Virus record (IMG/VR): IMGVR_UViG_2728369181_000008 | Reading direction: 5' to 3' (one strand) | Length of the DNA: 40,347 bases | DNA from: a virus | Taxonomy: Duplodnaviria > Heunggongvirae > Uroviricota > Caudoviricetes | In this document: positions 39,261 through 40,347 of the stretch, one piece after another | How positions within the stretch are numbered: position 1 is the stretch's first letter | Layout of the letters: each line of letters opens with the position of its first letter | The notes under the pieces: generated by a model | What the model saw: the letters and a program-made list of their open reading frames with translations, nothing else | Told to the model about the DNA's origin: nothing | The model's database searches: none | Made by a program: the position numbers and the translations under genes

Positions 39261-39943
39261 GCAAATACACCGAACTAATCACGAACTACCACGCCACCAA
39301 ACCTAAATTTCTTGCACATGTTGATCTGATGACCCGGCCGCTTATTGATGTTGCGGCTGCCACCAGAGGGCTGATTACTGCATTTGATATTGACTCCGCG
39401 GTTGGTGTGCAACTTGACATTCTGGGATTGTGGATCGGACGTAGCCGTGTTGTCAGCCAGCCTATATCAGGTGTCTATTTCAGCTGGGATACCGACGGGC
39501 TTGGGTATGATCAGGGTGTATGGCAGGGACCATACGATCCTGATTCAGGATACATGTATCTCAGCGATGAAACTTATCGTGTCATTCTTAAAGCGAAGAT
39601 TGCGATTAATAACTGGGACGGACGGAATGATTCTCTTCCAGCAATTCTTGACGCGGCGACAGCAGGATCCGGGCTGCGAATGCAGATTGTCGATAACCAG
39701 GACATGACGATATCGGTCTGGGTCTTTCCTGATACTGATACTGATATTTCAGATGTATCGCGTGAGTTAATTGCTGCAATTAAACAGGGATATCTCACAG
39801 TAAAAGCCGCCGGGGTGTGGGCGGGTGGCATTGAAACACCTTCGGTGGAAACCCCATCGGAAGGTTCAAAATTTTTTGGTTTTGATATGGATAACGAATT
39901 CATCAGTGGTTTTGATGTAGGGGCATGGGGAGTATTACTCTGA
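39257..39943 (+). CDS. Tail protein, Mu gp48-like (DUF2612-like)
   Basis: 228 aa following the J-like gene. Confidence 0.5.
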   Translation: MSKYTELITNYHATKPKFLAHVDLMTRPLIDVAAATRGLITAFDIDSAVGVQLDILGLWIGRSRVVSQPISGVYFSWDTDGLGYDQGVWQGPYDPDSGYMYLSDETYRVILKAKIAINNWDGRNDSLPAILDAATAGSGLRMQIVDNQDMTISVWVFPDTDTDISDVSRELIAAIKQGYLTVKAAGVWAGGIETPSVETPSEGSKFFGFDMDNEFISGFDVGAWGVLL

Positions 39944-40347
39944 TGGCAAAAAATGACTTTAAAGCATTCGCAACGGGTAAAAATGCCAATGTTATGTCGC
40001 AGGAGGAATGGGAAGCGTTGCCTGCGCTTTTATCCGGATTTACAGCAGGGAAAGCATCCAGTGCGCAAGTCAATAAGGTTATTCGGCAGGCCAGCTTTAT
40101 TGCTGCAGCTCTGGCCCAGTTTGTAAGTGATAAAACGCAACGGGATGTGCTTGATAATGGTGATCTGCCCGGTTTTGTTGAATTGCTGGGATCGGGGTTT
40201 GCTGTTGAATATCTGAGCCGCAAGAATCCGTTTGGCGATATCAAATCGGATGGCACGGTGAAAACGGCTCTCGAAAACCTTCGTTTGGGAGCAGGAGCAC
40301 CAGCTATCGGGATTCCGTTCTTCTGGCCGTCCTCAGCGATGCCTAAT
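39943..40347 (+). CDS. Tail fibre protein, N-terminal part (partial, continues past the window)
   Basis: ATG overlapping the upstream stop (TGATG); open to the window end; N-terminus [33 protein letters not shown] and …GIPFFWPS motif as in Mu/P2/Rac-type fibres; not in the ORF track. Confidence 0.65.
   Translation, partial: MAKNDFKAFATGKNANVMSQEEWEALPALLSGFTAGKASSAQVNKVIRQASFIAAALAQFVSDKTQRDVLDNGDLPGFVELLGSGFAVEYLSRKNPFGDIKSDGTVKTALENLRLGAGAPAIGIPFFWPSSAMPN

Larger units (their letters stand above)
603..40347. mobile_element. Lambdoid prophage with Rac-like early region and Mu-like contractile-tail module; left end to tail fibre, right end outside the window
   Basis: Contiguous int-xis-recET-kil, repressor/cro, replication, nin-Q, lysis, terminase-portal-capsid-tail gene order. 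Confidence 0.9.

Noticed and set aside
1-40347. CRISPR arrays, tRNA/rRNA genes, IS elements
   Set aside because: No spacer-repeat periodicity, no cloverleaf-like tRNA candidates near the integrase and no transposase-like ORFs or terminal inverted repeats were seen

Overview
The window is almost entirely one lambdoid prophage, read from its left attachment end to the start of a tail-fibre gene; the right end lies beyond the window. Host flank (1..~600): a signal-peptide protein I recall as YebY/DUF2511, then a ~100-nt terminator-ended element that looks like an sRNA (possibly SdsR/RyeB). Leftward early operon (734..7933, minus strand): lambda-type integrase, excisionase, YdaC-like, Lar/RalR, RecT, RecE, RacC-like, YdaE, KilR, i.e. 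Rac-like synteny. Immunity region (8100..8730): RacR-like repressor between two operator clusters that share a 15-bp repeat. Rightward early genes: Cro-like YdaS, YdaT-like, a replication initiator whose 5' half carries iteron-like inverted repeats, a DnaC-like loader, Ea22-like and nin-like genes, a hok-type toxin, a YbcO-like nuclease and a Q-like antiterminator with a PR'/tR'-like unit. Late region: holin, lambda-R-type endolysin, Rz/Rz1, small and large terminase, portal, Mu-F-like head protein, capsid genes, then a contractile-tail/baseplate module of Mu-like architecture (sheath-like, tube, chaperone with a candidate -1 frameshift, tape measure, hub, spike, gpW/gpJ-like, tail fibre). Four N-runs (50, 85, 39 and 47 nt) interrupt the sequence. 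The best candidates for something undescribed are accessory genes in classic moron positions: (i) a low-GC antisense gene at 20252..20800 with ADP-ribosyltransferase-like motifs, (ii) a convergent gene pair at 7245..7776 beside the repressor, one member sharing its C-terminal tail with the replication initiator, (iii) a convergent small pair at 17837..18331 between the late promoter and the lysis genes, and (iv) a secreted-protein plus membrane-protein pair at 36182..36896 inside the baseplate operon. All names rest on reading the translations and on recalled family knowledge; no database search was run.
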